DNA of 40,000 bases, from positions 1-40,000 of the forward strand of contig JAAYCY010000063.1 of the NCBI GenBank assembly GCA_012729535.1, read 5' to 3'. The notes under the pieces are model-generated. The model did not search any database. It was not told where the DNA came from and saw only the letters and a program-made list of their open reading frames with translations. This DNA is from Methanomicrobiales archaeon (GTDB taxonomy: Archaea > Halobacteriota > Methanomicrobia > Methanomicrobiales > Methanospirillaceae). The stretch's first letter is position 1. Every line of letters starts with the position of its first letter. The position numbers were made by a program, and so were the translations under genes. Below, in pieces: positions 27,915-37,533 of this stretch.

Positions 27915-28193
27915 TTACTCCGTAAGTTCGAATTTTCCTACCCTGAATCCAGGTCTCAGGTGCGCTTTCTTACAGTGCGTGCACCGATATCGGATATTGA
28001 TTTTCTTGGTTGGTTTGTCACCACCAGGAACTTTTGAGAATTTTCCCATGTTCCCTACCTGTCCTCTCCGTGCTTTCTGGCGATCAATCCAGTGAAGACC
28101 GGTGGTTTTCCCTTTCTTGACTTTCTCTACTTCATGCTCCTGATGGCTCTGACAAAAGGGACAATATGTGCGGAATTTTGTAGGCATCTTCAT
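27915..28193 (-). CDS. rpl44e: 50S ribosomal protein L44e
   Basis: 92 aa. [13 protein letters not shown]...[11 protein letters not shown] is typical of L44e. Confidence 0.93.
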   Translation of the reverse strand: MKMPTKFRTYCPFCQSHQEHEVEKVKKGKTTGLHWIDRQKARRGQVGNMGKFSKVPGGDKPTKKINIRYRCTHCKKAHLRPGFRVGKFELTE

Positions 28194-28230
28194 AATAAGG
28201 CTACTCCTCGTCTATAGAATACCTACATCA

Positions 28231-28914
28231 TTAGCCCGGATGGATATTTAAGACTATGTCGCGTTCTACCAAAACCTGTGCATTTCTGGATGGCAGTGTA
28301 AGAATGTCCCCTGCCCTGAGTTCATATGTGCGTCCGTCTACTCCCATGAAAGGATCCATACTGGAAAGCGCCTGTACAATATCATACACAAAAGGAACTT
28401 CATTTTGCATTTTTTGTTCAGGTACTATCCCGGTATCATCACCTGCGCGGACAAAGCCTTCTTCGGGTTCTCCGGTCGGGATATGACAAACCTGGTTACT
28501 ACCATCAGCTACTGCCTGAACCGGGGCAACAGATCCTGCCTTCAACCCGATAAGCTGGCTTTTCCCCAGTCTAATAGCTCCTACGAACTGGTTAAACATC
28601 TCCAGTTCAGCAGGAATAAGTGAACGAAGTTCTTCACGTTCGATGTAAGAACCCTCTGCCTGGCTAAGTGCAAGTCCGACAATCTTGTCAGTCCTGATTT
28701 TAAACAGTTCCTCAATTGTGGCCCGAATGCTGGACACTTTTTCAATTAGAAAGCGTGCTTCGTCTGAAAAGGGATCCTCAAGTGAATACACTTCCTGCTG
28801 AAGTGATTTAATATTCTGGTTAGTTTTTATGAAAAGATCCGGAGATATAGTTGTGAGATCGCCACTGTCACGCTCATCAAGAAGTACTGTTCTGAGCTCA
28901 TCAAGAAACACCAC
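28231..28914 (-). CDS. GINS subunit, Gins51(Gins15)-like
   Basis: Helical N-terminal domain (LDELRTVLLDERDSGDLTTISPDLFIKTNQNIKSL...) and a C-terminal beta domain (FMGVDGRTYELRAGDILTLPSRNAQVLVERDIV). It sits directly downstream of priS, as in many archaea. There is no ATG near the 5' end. The track start is TTG 28929. I prefer GTG 28914 or 28911 because a perfect GGAGGTGA (28927-28920) lies just upstream. Confidence 0.6.
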   Translation of the reverse strand: MVFLDELRTVLLDERDSGDLTTISPDLFIKTNQNIKSLQQEVYSLEDPFSDEARFLIEKVSSIRATIEELFKIRTDKIVGLALSQAEGSYIEREELRSLIPAELEMFNQFVGAIRLGKSQLIGLKAGSVAPVQAVADGSNQVCHIPTGEPEEGFVRAGDDTGIVPEQKMQNEVPFVYDIVQALSSMDPFMGVDGRTYELRAGDILTLPSRNAQVLVERDIVLNIHPG

Positions 28915-30067
28915 CCGGTTCACCTCCAATCTCAGCCATTCCCCTTGCGCATAAGTATACAGCTACTGCTTCAGGAACTTTGACGCTTCCTTTCTTAATA
29001 TTGTACCGGGATCCTAAAAGAGAGAACGAGTAATCTTTCCCGGATTCTACCATGACCTCACGTTCACCAAAGGCTACCGCATCGATGAGGGGATCAAAGT
29101 CTTCAAACTCTTTTAGAGTCAGAGGCACCACTTTAAATCCAGATTTTGCATGTAATGAACCAGGCAGACGAATGAGCCGGTGAGTGTCAGTGGTAACCGG
29201 TTCATCGATCTGCACAGAACACTCTTTTATCATCGGTAAAAAGGGACTATCCTTTTCAGTTACCAAGGCATTAAGAACTGTTTTCACCGTCTGGTCACGA
29301 TGGAGGATAGAAGAGGGACTCTTTTCAAGTGATGAAATGAGATCCGGAATCATGGTGCAAAAACGATCAGCCATCACCTGTCCGACACCACGAAGCGAGG
29401 AAAGTTCAATTTTTATCTCCTTTTCTGTTTTTTTTGAAAGATTAAAGAGATAATCAACGAGAAGGATTCTGTATCTCTCATGCCAGCCTGAATGCCCTGG
29501 AGTCCATTCATCAAGCAGGAGTGAAGGACTGATTCCGCTGCCACAGAGATAATCAACAATTTCCCTCCGCTCTGCAGATCCAAAATCACGAAATTCCAGT
29601 TCCTGCACATGAATGTGATATCCTCTCCCTCCTGAAAAAACCAACCTGACGGTTCGCATGTCGATTCCCAGTTCGTTATCCAGAACATCTAGCAGTTTTT
29701 CAGTTTCCCCCTTTATTCGCATGAGCATTTCATCATACGAACCACGAACAATATGATCTGCATCAAGATCAAAGATCAGGTCAGCACCAAGCCAGTCTTT
29801 ATCACCCATGGTTGGAGCCTGCGGGGTCTGATAATATGCTGTTGAATAATACGAATGGGCCGGGACCAGGCTTTTAATGTATTCCTGCAACTCTTCAGCA
29901 CTGAAAAACCCCATATGACGTCTCATCCTGATATCTTCAGGATAATTATCATCAAAAAAGATGAATCCAAACTCCCTTTCTTTTACTGATGCAGGGGGTG
30001 AAATCCTGGCTTTTTGATAATAATCTGTAAACCGTTGTTTAATGAACATCCGGGTTGCAGGTTTCAT
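28901..30067 (-). CDS. priS: DNA primase small (catalytic) subunit PriS
   Basis: 388 aa. LIFDLDADH acidic motif, FSGGRGYHIHV, and LIRLPGSLHAKSG, which are archaeo-eukaryotic primase motifs I-III. Confidence 0.9.
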   Translation of the reverse strand: MKPATRMFIKQRFTDYYQKARISPPASVKEREFGFIFFDDNYPEDIRMRRHMGFFSAEELQEYIKSLVPAHSYYSTAYYQTPQAPTMGDKDWLGADLIFDLDADHIVRGSYDEMLMRIKGETEKLLDVLDNELGIDMRTVRLVFSGGRGYHIHVQELEFRDFGSAERREIVDYLCGSGISPSLLLDEWTPGHSGWHERYRILLVDYLFNLSKKTEKEIKIELSSLRGVGQVMADRFCTMIPDLISSLEKSPSSILHRDQTVKTVLNALVTEKDSPFLPMIKECSVQIDEPVTTDTHRLIRLPGSLHAKSGFKVVPLTLKEFEDFDPLIDAVAFGEREVMVESGKDYSFSLLGSRYNIKKGSVKVPEAVAVYLCARGMAEIGGEPGGVS

Positions 30068-30070
30068 ACA

Positions 30071-31639
30071 TCACAAATCCTTAACCATATAGGGACCGTC
30101 TCGTATATAGCCAAGTTTTTTGTAATAAGGTCTGACTCCGATGCCGGCCATAATAACTACCCGGCGATACCCGGCATCGCGGGCCAGCCCCTCAGCCTGT
30201 GACAAAAGCCGGGCTCCATACCGGCGGTGCTGTTGCTTTTCTCCGTTTCCTTCCTGACCAATTGGAACAACCATCCCATAAACATGCAGTTCCCTGACAA
30301 ATGCTGCATGTTCTGTTTCCGGCCTCCATGGATCTTTCGGAAACCTAAGACGGGCAAATCCCACCAGGGAATCATCACAATCATATGAGATAAAATGCTC
30401 CTCTCCTCCACAGCATTCATACGAATAGATGTGTAATTCAGGCTCTGCATCTGACTTCCTCCTTCCAATTTCCCTGCATCGGATACAGGAACATTTTTTT
30501 CCCCCCTGGTGAAGTCGTGACTGTGCGAGTTCACGGAAATTAGAATGCGGTGAACCAGCTACAATTTTGTCTGCAGGAATATCCCGCTGAATGCGCTGAA
30601 GTCTGCAATAGGGAGCAATCTCAAGTTTTGCATCAGCAACAAGATCTATCAGCTCATCTTCATCGTACGGTGCATACCCTCCGGCATTGTACAACTCTTC
30701 TATCCTGGAACCGGGTGTAACAAGGGTTGGATATATTTTCAGAAAATCAGGCCTGAACCGTGGATCAGCAAACAGGTTATGAAACATCTGGCGATCAGCC
30801 ACTGGAGTACTGCCAGGAAGATTCGGCATCATATGAAATCCAACCTTAAGACCAGCATCCCTGAGTAGAGTATTGGCTTTAACGGCATCTGCCACCGTGC
30901 AACCCCGCAGGTTTCGAGTCAGTACTTCATCGTCAAGATGCTGAACTCCAACTTCAACTTTAGTTACCCCAAGTCGGAGCATAAGGTCAATATGATCTTT
31001 CCTGCACCAGTCTGGTCGTGTCTCAAACGTATTTGCTACACACCTGACATCAGATGATTCATTCCTTAGAAAAACTTCCTCACAGGTAATATCAGGATTT
31101 TTTTTGTCAGGATAATCATTCATGGCACGGACACATTCCATCACGAACCATTCCTGGTATGCAGGTTCCCGGGCGGTCATTGTGCCACCCATAACAATTA
31201 GTTCAGCCTTGTCTACGTGATGGCCTAATTCTTCAAATTGACCAAGTCGTGCACGCACCTGATCATAAGGATTGAAATGATGAGCAAATGCCCGTCTTGC
31301 CGCAGGTTCGCCACCAGTATAACTTTGGGGAGACTGGAATACAGAATCAGGACCACCCGGACAGGGGAGACATATACCATGCGGACAGGGAGCAGGAGAT
31401 GTCATAACTGCTACCGGGGCTACCCCGGATAATGTTCGCGATGGTTTTACTAAAAGAACTGGGCGAAGTAGCTCACGCTCTTCAGGTGTTGCACAAGCAA
31501 GTATTTCAGAATTCCGGGGAACAACTTTAAGATGGTGCTTTTTACAGATAGTTTTCACTATTTTACGCAGTTCCCGCTGCGGGGGAGGAGTAGAGAGAAT
31601 AACACCGATCATCTCCCTGCAGGCGGGCCTGTTATCCAT
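30071..31639 (-). CDS. elp3: Elp3-type tRNA U34 modification radical-SAM/GNAT enzyme
   Basis: Radical SAM core followed by a C-terminal GNAT domain (QHRRYGARLLSQAEGLARDAGYRRVVIMAGIGVRPYYKKLGY). The track start at 31654 is TTG. ATG at 31639 (MDNRPACREMIGVIL) is the likely start. Confidence 0.9.
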   Translation of the reverse strand: MDNRPACREMIGVILSTPPPQRELRKIVKTICKKHHLKVVPRNSEILACATPEERELLRPVLLVKPSRTLSGVAPVAVMTSPAPCPHGICLPCPGGPDSVFQSPQSYTGGEPAARRAFAHHFNPYDQVRARLGQFEELGHHVDKAELIVMGGTMTAREPAYQEWFVMECVRAMNDYPDKKNPDITCEEVFLRNESSDVRCVANTFETRPDWCRKDHIDLMLRLGVTKVEVGVQHLDDEVLTRNLRGCTVADAVKANTLLRDAGLKVGFHMMPNLPGSTPVADRQMFHNLFADPRFRPDFLKIYPTLVTPGSRIEELYNAGGYAPYDEDELIDLVADAKLEIAPYCRLQRIQRDIPADKIVAGSPHSNFRELAQSRLHQGGKKCSCIRCREIGRRKSDAEPELHIYSYECCGGEEHFISYDCDDSLVGFARLRFPKDPWRPETEHAAFVRELHVYGMVVPIGQEGNGEKQQHRRYGARLLSQAEGLARDAGYRRVVIMAGIGVRPYYKKLGYIRDGPYMVKDL

Positions 31640-31643
31640 GAAA

Positions 31644-31910
31644 TCAGTTTTCAACAGCTATCTCATTAGTTGTAGAAATTTCATGAGTAAAATTTAGCAC
31701 AGCAGGTTTCTGATTAATATGAGTCACTATTTCCTGCCCAAGCACAAGAATTGCCTCTTTATGAGACTTTTTGTTTTTATGTATATGGACAGGAGATATA
31801 TGCATCAAATCATACCGCTCTGTGGGGATTTCCTCTTGGGTGATGGTTTCGTAGTACTTCCTGACATGTATAAAAAGCATATGTAAATGTAGCAGTTCTT
31901 CTTTCTGCAC
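31644..31910 (-). CDS. UPF0058 family small protein
   Basis: The track start at 31931 is TTG. GTG at 31910, preceded by GGTGAT, gives MQKEELLHLHMLFIHVRKYYE...ISPVHIHKNKKSHKEAILVLG, which resembles UPF0058 proteins as I recall them. Confidence 0.5.
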   Translation of the reverse strand: MQKEELLHLHMLFIHVRKYYETITQEEIPTERYDLMHISPVHIHKNKKSHKEAILVLGQEIVTHINQKPAVLNFTHEISTTNEIAVEN

Positions 31911-32072
31911 TCTATCACCTAGAACAAACAATCTGTATCTCCACCGTGTGCAACATATAGGTTATGGAAACCTTTTATTAAAGGTAAGATGTGAAAAGGC
32001 GCATAACCTGAAAAATCCCCGATCCATCCTTTTTTTCTGCGCACCAGATGCGATAATTATCACGTTACATAC

Positions 32073-32546
32073 TCATTGAGAATAACGCGGTAGACCTTCC
32101 GGAAGTGGTATAATCCTTACCAAAATCGGAGATGGACCTATCCTACAGGCAACAGGCTCCTCATCCAGAACTTCTGTGATGATGTATTTCTGCCCTTCAA
32201 CCACACCGGGGGGATGACATGCCGCAAATGACACACATGCTTCATCACAGTCCGGGAAGCGGAGAGAAATTGTTGTATTTTTTTTAGCTGAGTCAGGAAG
32301 AAGGCGAATTTCCACAGGAGCCTCAGTTACATCGACGGTCACCGAACCACCATGATGAACCGGGCATACATGTGATGCAGCACGAATGGCTACAACTTCA
32401 TATCTCCGACCTGTTTCAAGGTTATGACATACTCTGGCAATAGAGCAGGATTCACACAGATCATTTTTTCCTACATACACAAACTGTGTTCCTGGCTTAG
32501 CATATACAGAACCTACAATCGTCACCCGTGTTTTTTTCTGCTCCAT
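32073..32546 (-). CDS. UPF0179 family protein
   Basis: 157 aa. VTIVGSVYAKPGTQFVYVGKNDLCESCSIARVCHNLETGRRYEVV matches my recollection of the conserved archaeal UPF0179 N-terminus. Confidence 0.65.
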   Translation of the reverse strand: MEQKKTRVTIVGSVYAKPGTQFVYVGKNDLCESCSIARVCHNLETGRRYEVVAIRAASHVCPVHHGGSVTVDVTEAPVEIRLLPDSAKKNTTISLRFPDCDEACVSFAACHPPGVVEGQKYIITEVLDEEPVACRIGPSPILVRIIPLPEGLPRYSQ

Positions 32547-32551
32547 AAAAT

Positions 32552-33631
32552 TTATTCCTCGTATAACAATTCAACCAAATGTTCTGCCGATTCACGTGTC
32601 AGTCCCATATCAAGTATTGTGTATCTTTCAGGTCTTATCTCTCTCGCTTTCAACAGAGCTTCTACTACGATTTCATCAGGTATTTCAAGTTCTTTCGGGG
32701 TTGTTGGTGCACCAATTCGGGAAAGTGATGATCGTATTTCACGCCAGTCACCACCATGAAGATACATTGTCATTATTGAACCAATCCCACATGCCTCTCC
32801 ATGAAGGGCAGCACCGGGTACCAGGCGTTCAAGTGCATGACCAAATTTATGCTCTCCACCTGAAGCAGGTCTTGATGAACCAGCAATAGCCATGGAAACA
32901 CCAGAAGATACCAGAGCTTTTACAACAATCCAGGCTGCTTCTTCCTGTCCGGGTTTGATAAGACTGGCATCTTTGACAAGTATTTCAGCCGTCATTTTTG
33001 ACAGGGCGATAGCATATTCACTAATCTGCTCACCCCGCATCCGGTGGGCAAGTTCCCAGTCAAGAATGGCTGTGTAATTTGAAATAACATCAGCACATCC
33101 TGATGCCATGAGCCGGTGCGGGGCTTTGGATATGATCCCGGTATCAGCAACAACAGCTATGGGAGGATGTGCCTGAACAGAGACACTCCCTTTTTCTGTA
33201 GGAAGTGTTGCACGGCCTGAAATAATTCCATCATGAGATGCTGCTGTAGGAACACTTATAAATGGTTTATCCTGTTGGTAAGATACGATCTTTGCACAAT
33301 CAATAACCCTGCCCCCGCCAATTCCAATAAGGAAATCAACCTGAGCTGCAGCCCTGCTACATGAGTCCAGGGTCTCAGAATCGAGTTTTCCTGCCACAAA
33401 CTGTGAGATATCATACGAATCTTTCAGGAGACTTGCAATAGTTACCCCTGCTACTTCACGAGTAGTACTGCCCGTAATTATTAATGCTGAATGACCGGGT
33501 TTAATATCTGCAATGATGTCCGGAAGCTGGAGAATTGCCTGATGCCCTATCACAACATCCCGTGGAAGCTGGGTCCATCTCGATTTATTGAAGCCATCAG
33601 GTTGCAATACCTGTACCAGGTCTTTGCTCAT
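32552..33631 (-). CDS. egsA: sn-Glycerol-1-phosphate dehydrogenase
   Basis: 359 aa. Fe/Zn-ADH superfamily. LPRDVVIGHQAI near the N-terminus, GIGGGRVIDCAK, and a C-terminal HG...GEHKFGHALE metal site. Typical archaeal G1PDH. Confidence 0.92.
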   Translation of the reverse strand: MSKDLVQVLQPDGFNKSRWTQLPRDVVIGHQAILQLPDIIADIKPGHSALIITGSTTREVAGVTIASLLKDSYDISQFVAGKLDSETLDSCSRAAAQVDFLIGIGGGRVIDCAKIVSYQQDKPFISVPTAASHDGIISGRATLPTEKGSVSVQAHPPIAVVADTGIISKAPHRLMASGCADVISNYTAILDWELAHRMRGEQISEYAIALSKMTAEILVKDASLIKPGQEEAAWIVVKALVSSGVSMAIAGSSRPASGGEHKFGHALERLVPGAALHGEACGIGSIMTMYLHGGDWREIRSSLSRIGAPTTPKELEIPDEIVVEALLKAREIRPERYTILDMGLTRESAEHLVELLYEE

Positions 33632-33645
33632 GGAGTTCTCAACAC

Positions 33646-34491
33646 ATGATTAGGGAATTCATCTACAAATATTACATTGATCCTATTCGCTATGGTCACC
33701 CATATACTCTGGTTGACACTCTGACGTATGCTATCATCCTGCTTGCCTTTATCTGGCTGATTTATCGTTGGCTTGAGGCAAACAAGATCGCTATTGACAG
33801 ATCTTTTATATATGCTCTAATCCCCTGGGTGATCCTCGGAGGATGCTTGAGGGTTGTTGAAGATACTGGAGTAATTACATCAGATCTTCACATGATCTTT
33901 ACAACCCCCCTGATTTTCTTCCTGATATTGTCGATTGCAATGCCGATGCTATACCTGGCAACAATCTGTGAAAGAAGATTAATCATTGGATCATGGAAAC
34001 TGGCGTTTGGCGGAATCGGATTGTCCCTTTCTGCAGTTACCCTTGCCTTTCTCACCTGGCATGGTCTTAATGGCGCACATCTGGATCTCCAAGTTGCCGC
34101 AGTAATCCTCACCATGGCTTCTCTAACCACAACTCTTCTGTATGGAATTATCCGGTATGGGTTTGGCTGGAAGTACGTTGAAGACAGATTGTACCAGTTG
34201 CTCATATTCGGCCATATGCTCGATGCAAGTGCAACATCTTACGGAATTGACCTGCATCAGGTACGGTATAGTGAGCAGCATGTCGTGGGTTCCGCATTAA
34301 TCGACATTACCGGGACCGCTTTTGTCATGTTTCCATTAAAACTGGTAGTACTTATACCAGGAATATATATCCTTGAACTCTATAGACGTGAAGGAGTATC
34401 CGGAATCTGGTACCTGATACTGCTTGCAATGATTATGGTAGGTCTTGCACCAGGTATCAGGGATATGCTGCGAATGGTGTTATATGTCTGA
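33646..34491 (+). CDS. DUF63 family integral membrane protein
   Basis: 281 aa. The N-terminus FIYKYYIDPIRYGHPYTLVDTLTYAIIL and the polytopic profile are as in archaeal DUF63 proteins. GGAG lies 9 nt upstream of the ATG. Confidence 0.72.
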   Translation: MIREFIYKYYIDPIRYGHPYTLVDTLTYAIILLAFIWLIYRWLEANKIAIDRSFIYALIPWVILGGCLRVVEDTGVITSDLHMIFTTPLIFFLILSIAMPMLYLATICERRLIIGSWKLAFGGIGLSLSAVTLAFLTWHGLNGAHLDLQVAAVILTMASLTTTLLYGIIRYGFGWKYVEDRLYQLLIFGHMLDASATSYGIDLHQVRYSEQHVVGSALIDITGTAFVMFPLKLVVLIPGIYILELYRREGVSGIWYLILLAMIMVGLAPGIRDMLRMVLYV

Positions 34492-35050
34492 ACTTCGTAT
34501 TGCTCATTACCTGATTATATCAGGATTAATTTTAATTGGTGGATTCGGAGTAGGTTTTGCGTTATCAACTGCCGAACCTTCTTTTGGAGAAAACCTTCTC
34601 ACATTATTCGAAGAAATGATTGCTGGTCAGATCATGGATGATGATCCACCCATGCTCGCTCTCCAGTTATTTCTTAATAATCTTGAAGCATGTGTGGTGA
34701 TTTTTATTGGAGGTGCCTTTTTTGGTATTATCTCCATCATGATTATTGGTTTTAATGGCATCATCATCGGAGCTGTTTTAGAGATAGTAAGTAAAGAATC
34801 CGGTGCCCTGGTTCTCCTTGCAGCAATTCTCCCACATGGAATATTTGAGCTTCCTGCAGTAATTGCTTCAGGAGCTCTGGGTCTTATGCTGGGACGTGCA
34901 GTAAAAGATGAATTATCAGGTGGACCTGATGCGGCATCCAGAGCATGGAGCCAGGGGAGAATGTTTGTCATGTATATCATACCCTTTGTTGCTATTGCAG
35001 CAATAATCGAGGCATTTATCACACCAGCCGTCTTACAGCTGGTGACATAG
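34484..35050 (+). CDS. SpoIIM-like (PF01944) membrane protein
   Basis: FLNNLEACVVIFIGGAFFGI...GFNGIIIGAV...AAILPHGIFELPAVIASGALG. I prefer the internal ATG at 34484, which overlaps the DUF63 stop (ATGTCTGA), over the track start at 34445. Confidence 0.7.
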   Translation: MSELRIAHYLIISGLILIGGFGVGFALSTAEPSFGENLLTLFEEMIAGQIMDDDPPMLALQLFLNNLEACVVIFIGGAFFGIISIMIIGFNGIIIGAVLEIVSKESGALVLLAAILPHGIFELPAVIASGALGLMLGRAVKDELSGGPDAASRAWSQGRMFVMYIIPFVAIAAIIEAFITPAVLQLVT

Positions 35051-35060
35051 GAGCACATGA

Positions 35061-36497
35061 ATGGAGGAACAGGAAGGAACGCTCCCTCAAAAATCAGATT
35101 TCTCTGGCTGGTACAATGATATCCTCTGGCGTGCGGAGATTATGGATGTCCGTTACCCGGTTAAAGGATTATATGTATGGTATCCGTTCGGTTTTAGTAT
35201 CCGAAAGCGGGTATATGGTATCCTTCGGGAATTACTTGATCGGGATCATGAAGAAGCATTATTTCCACTTCTGATTCCTGAAACAGAATTCATGAAAGAG
35301 GCTGAGCATATTAAGGGTTTTGAAGAGGAAGTATACTGGGTCACTCATGGCGGGACTACTCCTCTTGATGTAAAACTAGCTCTCAGGCCTACTAGTGAAA
35401 CCGCTATATACCCCATGTACGCACTCTGGGTCAGATCACATGCAGATCTTCCTATTAAAATATACCAGATTGTAAACTCCTTCAGATATGAGACCAAACA
35501 CACCCGCCCGCTTATCAGGCTTCGGGAGATAACCTCGTTTAAAGAAGCACATACAGTCCATGCAACCTGGGACGAAGCAGAAAATCAGGTCGAAGATGCG
35601 ATTGCCAGGTACCAGGAATTCTATGACCGGCTTAATATTCCAATTCTGATATCAAAACGACCTGACTGGGACAAATTCCCAGGTGCTGATTACACGATAG
35701 CAGTCGATACCATCATGCCTGACGGGAGAACACTCCAAATCGGGACTGTCCACCATTTGGGAGATCATTTCTCAAAGACCTACCATGTCTGCTATGAAGA
35801 TTCAAAAGGTGAGCAGCAGTACTGCCACCAGACCTGCTACGGGATATCAGAAAGGTCAATAGCGGCTCTTATCAGCATGCACGGAGATGACCGTGGACTT
35901 ATCCTTCCACCTGAAGTTGCCCCGGTGCAGATTGTAATCGTTCCAGTAATCATGAAAAAACGTGAGACAGAAATAAACCAGGCAGCAGAACTCCTTGCAA
36001 AGGAGCTACAGGATGCCGGATACCGGGTAAAAATTGATACCAGAGATATGAGGCCTGGAGCAAAATACTATTACTGGGAAATGAAAGGAGTCCCGCTCCG
36101 GCTTGAAATAGGACCGAGGGATATTGATAATGGTATTGTAATGGCAGTTCTCCGTACAGGAGGCAAAGAATCACTCCCACGATCTTCAATAATCCCAGAA
36201 GTTGAACGAAAGCTGAAAGAACAGACCGATGCTCTTCTAAATCGGGCAGAAAATCATATTAAAGACCATCTCTTCATGGTTAACGATGCATCAGCATTAC
36301 CAGAGAAAGTTCTGAATGGAGTTGCAGCAATTCACTGGTGTAAAAACCGTGAGTGTGCTGACCGGATTGAAGAGATAGCTGACGCAAGTGTTCTTGGAAC
36401 AGATGTAAGGACATCTCTTATCGACCTTTGCACGGGTAACTGCATTATCTGCGGAAAACCAGGCAGTCTTGTAACACTCGTTGGTCGTTCTTACTAA
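35061..36497 (+). CDS. proS: Proline--tRNA ligase (archaeal/eukaryotic type)
   Basis: 478 aa. Class II aaRS motifs ([17 protein letters not shown] and [12 protein letters not shown]), an anticodon-binding domain and a C-terminal Zn-type domain ending in GRSY. Confidence 0.95.
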   Translation: MEEQEGTLPQKSDFSGWYNDILWRAEIMDVRYPVKGLYVWYPFGFSIRKRVYGILRELLDRDHEEALFPLLIPETEFMKEAEHIKGFEEEVYWVTHGGTTPLDVKLALRPTSETAIYPMYALWVRSHADLPIKIYQIVNSFRYETKHTRPLIRLREITSFKEAHTVHATWDEAENQVEDAIARYQEFYDRLNIPILISKRPDWDKFPGADYTIAVDTIMPDGRTLQIGTVHHLGDHFSKTYHVCYEDSKGEQQYCHQTCYGISERSIAALISMHGDDRGLILPPEVAPVQIVIVPVIMKKRETEINQAAELLAKELQDAGYRVKIDTRDMRPGAKYYYWEMKGVPLRLEIGPRDIDNGIVMAVLRTGGKESLPRSSIIPEVERKLKEQTDALLNRAENHIKDHLFMVNDASALPEKVLNGVAAIHWCKNRECADRIEEIADASVLGTDVRTSLIDLCTGNCIICGKPGSLVTLVGRSY

Positions 36498-36549
36498 CTT
36501 TTTTTCGATAATTCTATGTATTAATCGTGCGCAATTGCGATGCATATCT

Positions 36550-37317
36550 ATGCAGTTTCCTTCAGCACTCTCAATTGCAGGATCTGATCCATCAGGTGGA
36601 GCAGGAGTCCAGGTAGATTTAAAAACATTTGTCAAAACGGGAGTATGGGGAATGGCAGTAATTACTGCATTAACCGCCCAGAATGCCTCTGAGGTCAGAG
36701 GTTCATGGGCAATAAAACCAGATATTGTAAGAGAACAAATATCTACAGTTCTCGAGGATATAACACCCGGAGCGATAAAAACCGGAATGCTGGCAAATTC
36801 CGGCATCATCAGGATGATTGCACAAACAATTCCAGAAAAAATCCCGCTTGTTATTGACCCGGTAATGGTATCCACATCAGGATATCGTCTGCTTTCTGAA
36901 GATGCAGTGCGTGATATACAGGAACTTCTGATTCCACTCTCACATATCCTGACACCCAATATTCCAGAAGCTGAAATACTTTCAAAAATGTCCATTAATA
37001 CAGAAGAGGAGATGATAGAAGCAGCGTTAAGAATTATCGATCTGGGAGCGAGACATGTTGTTCTTAAAGGAGGTCATGGGAGTGGAAAAGAGGCAACTGA
37101 TCTCCTGGTAGGAAAAAAAGATATCACAAGGTTAGTTCACCCACGAAAACCATTTGATGTTCATGGATCAGGCTGTTCTTTTTCTGCAGCTATTGCTGGA
37201 TTCATTGCACAAGGCCTTGATGAAAAAGAAGCCTGCACGAGGGCAAAGAAAATTGTTAGCAATGGTATTGACAATGCAATTTTCGGAAAAAGCGGAAAAG
37301 GGATGATTAATCCATAG
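36550..37317 (+). CDS. thiD: Hydroxymethylpyrimidine/phosphomethylpyrimidine kinase
   Basis: ALSIAGSDPSGGAGVQVDLKTF, IKTGML, VIDPVMVSTSG and GSGCSFSAAIA motifs. The track start at 36481 is TTG inside proS. ATG at 36550 (MQFPSALSIAGSD) fits ThiD N-termini. Confidence 0.9.
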   Translation: MQFPSALSIAGSDPSGGAGVQVDLKTFVKTGVWGMAVITALTAQNASEVRGSWAIKPDIVREQISTVLEDITPGAIKTGMLANSGIIRMIAQTIPEKIPLVIDPVMVSTSGYRLLSEDAVRDIQELLIPLSHILTPNIPEAEILSKMSINTEEEMIEAALRIIDLGARHVVLKGGHGSGKEATDLLVGKKDITRLVHPRKPFDVHGSGCSFSAAIAGFIAQGLDEKEACTRAKKIVSNGIDNAIFGKSGKGMINP

Positions 37318-37533
37318 TAGTAACAAAACCAGTACCAATAAGATACTCATAACCTCCAAATTTTGAGTATTTATGTAAAGGGCTGACAAATGGACAGTAA
37401 CATTTCGAGAGTCTGAAACTGCTTTTTCAGATGATGGCACTTATCTTTGTTTGTACCTATCTTTTTACCAGAAGCCGCTATTTTAAAGAGACCATATCCC
37501 GCGATATATCGTTAAAAACAAAAATTATTTTGA

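Noticed and set aside
34627-35058. A 143-aa minus-strand ORF antisense to the SpoIIM-like gene
   Set aside because: The plus-strand membrane protein carries the conserved PHGIFELP motif. The antisense peptide is an A/P/I/M-rich mirror of TM-coding sequence.
36498-36549. A possible TPP riboswitch upstream of thiD
   Set aside because: Only 52 nt are available, and the conserved CUGAGA / ACCUGAU-type elements are absent.
36297-36995. A 232-aa minus-strand ORF overlapping the proS 3' end and thiD
   Set aside because: It is Ser-rich and low in complexity. It spans two well-supported plus-strand genes and their intergenic gap, so I treat it as a shadow ORF.
37168-37440. A 90-aa minus-strand ORF overlapping the thiD 3' end
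   Set aside because: It is antisense to the conserved ThiD C-terminus (GSGCSFSAAIA) and has no motifs, so I treat it as a shadow ORF.
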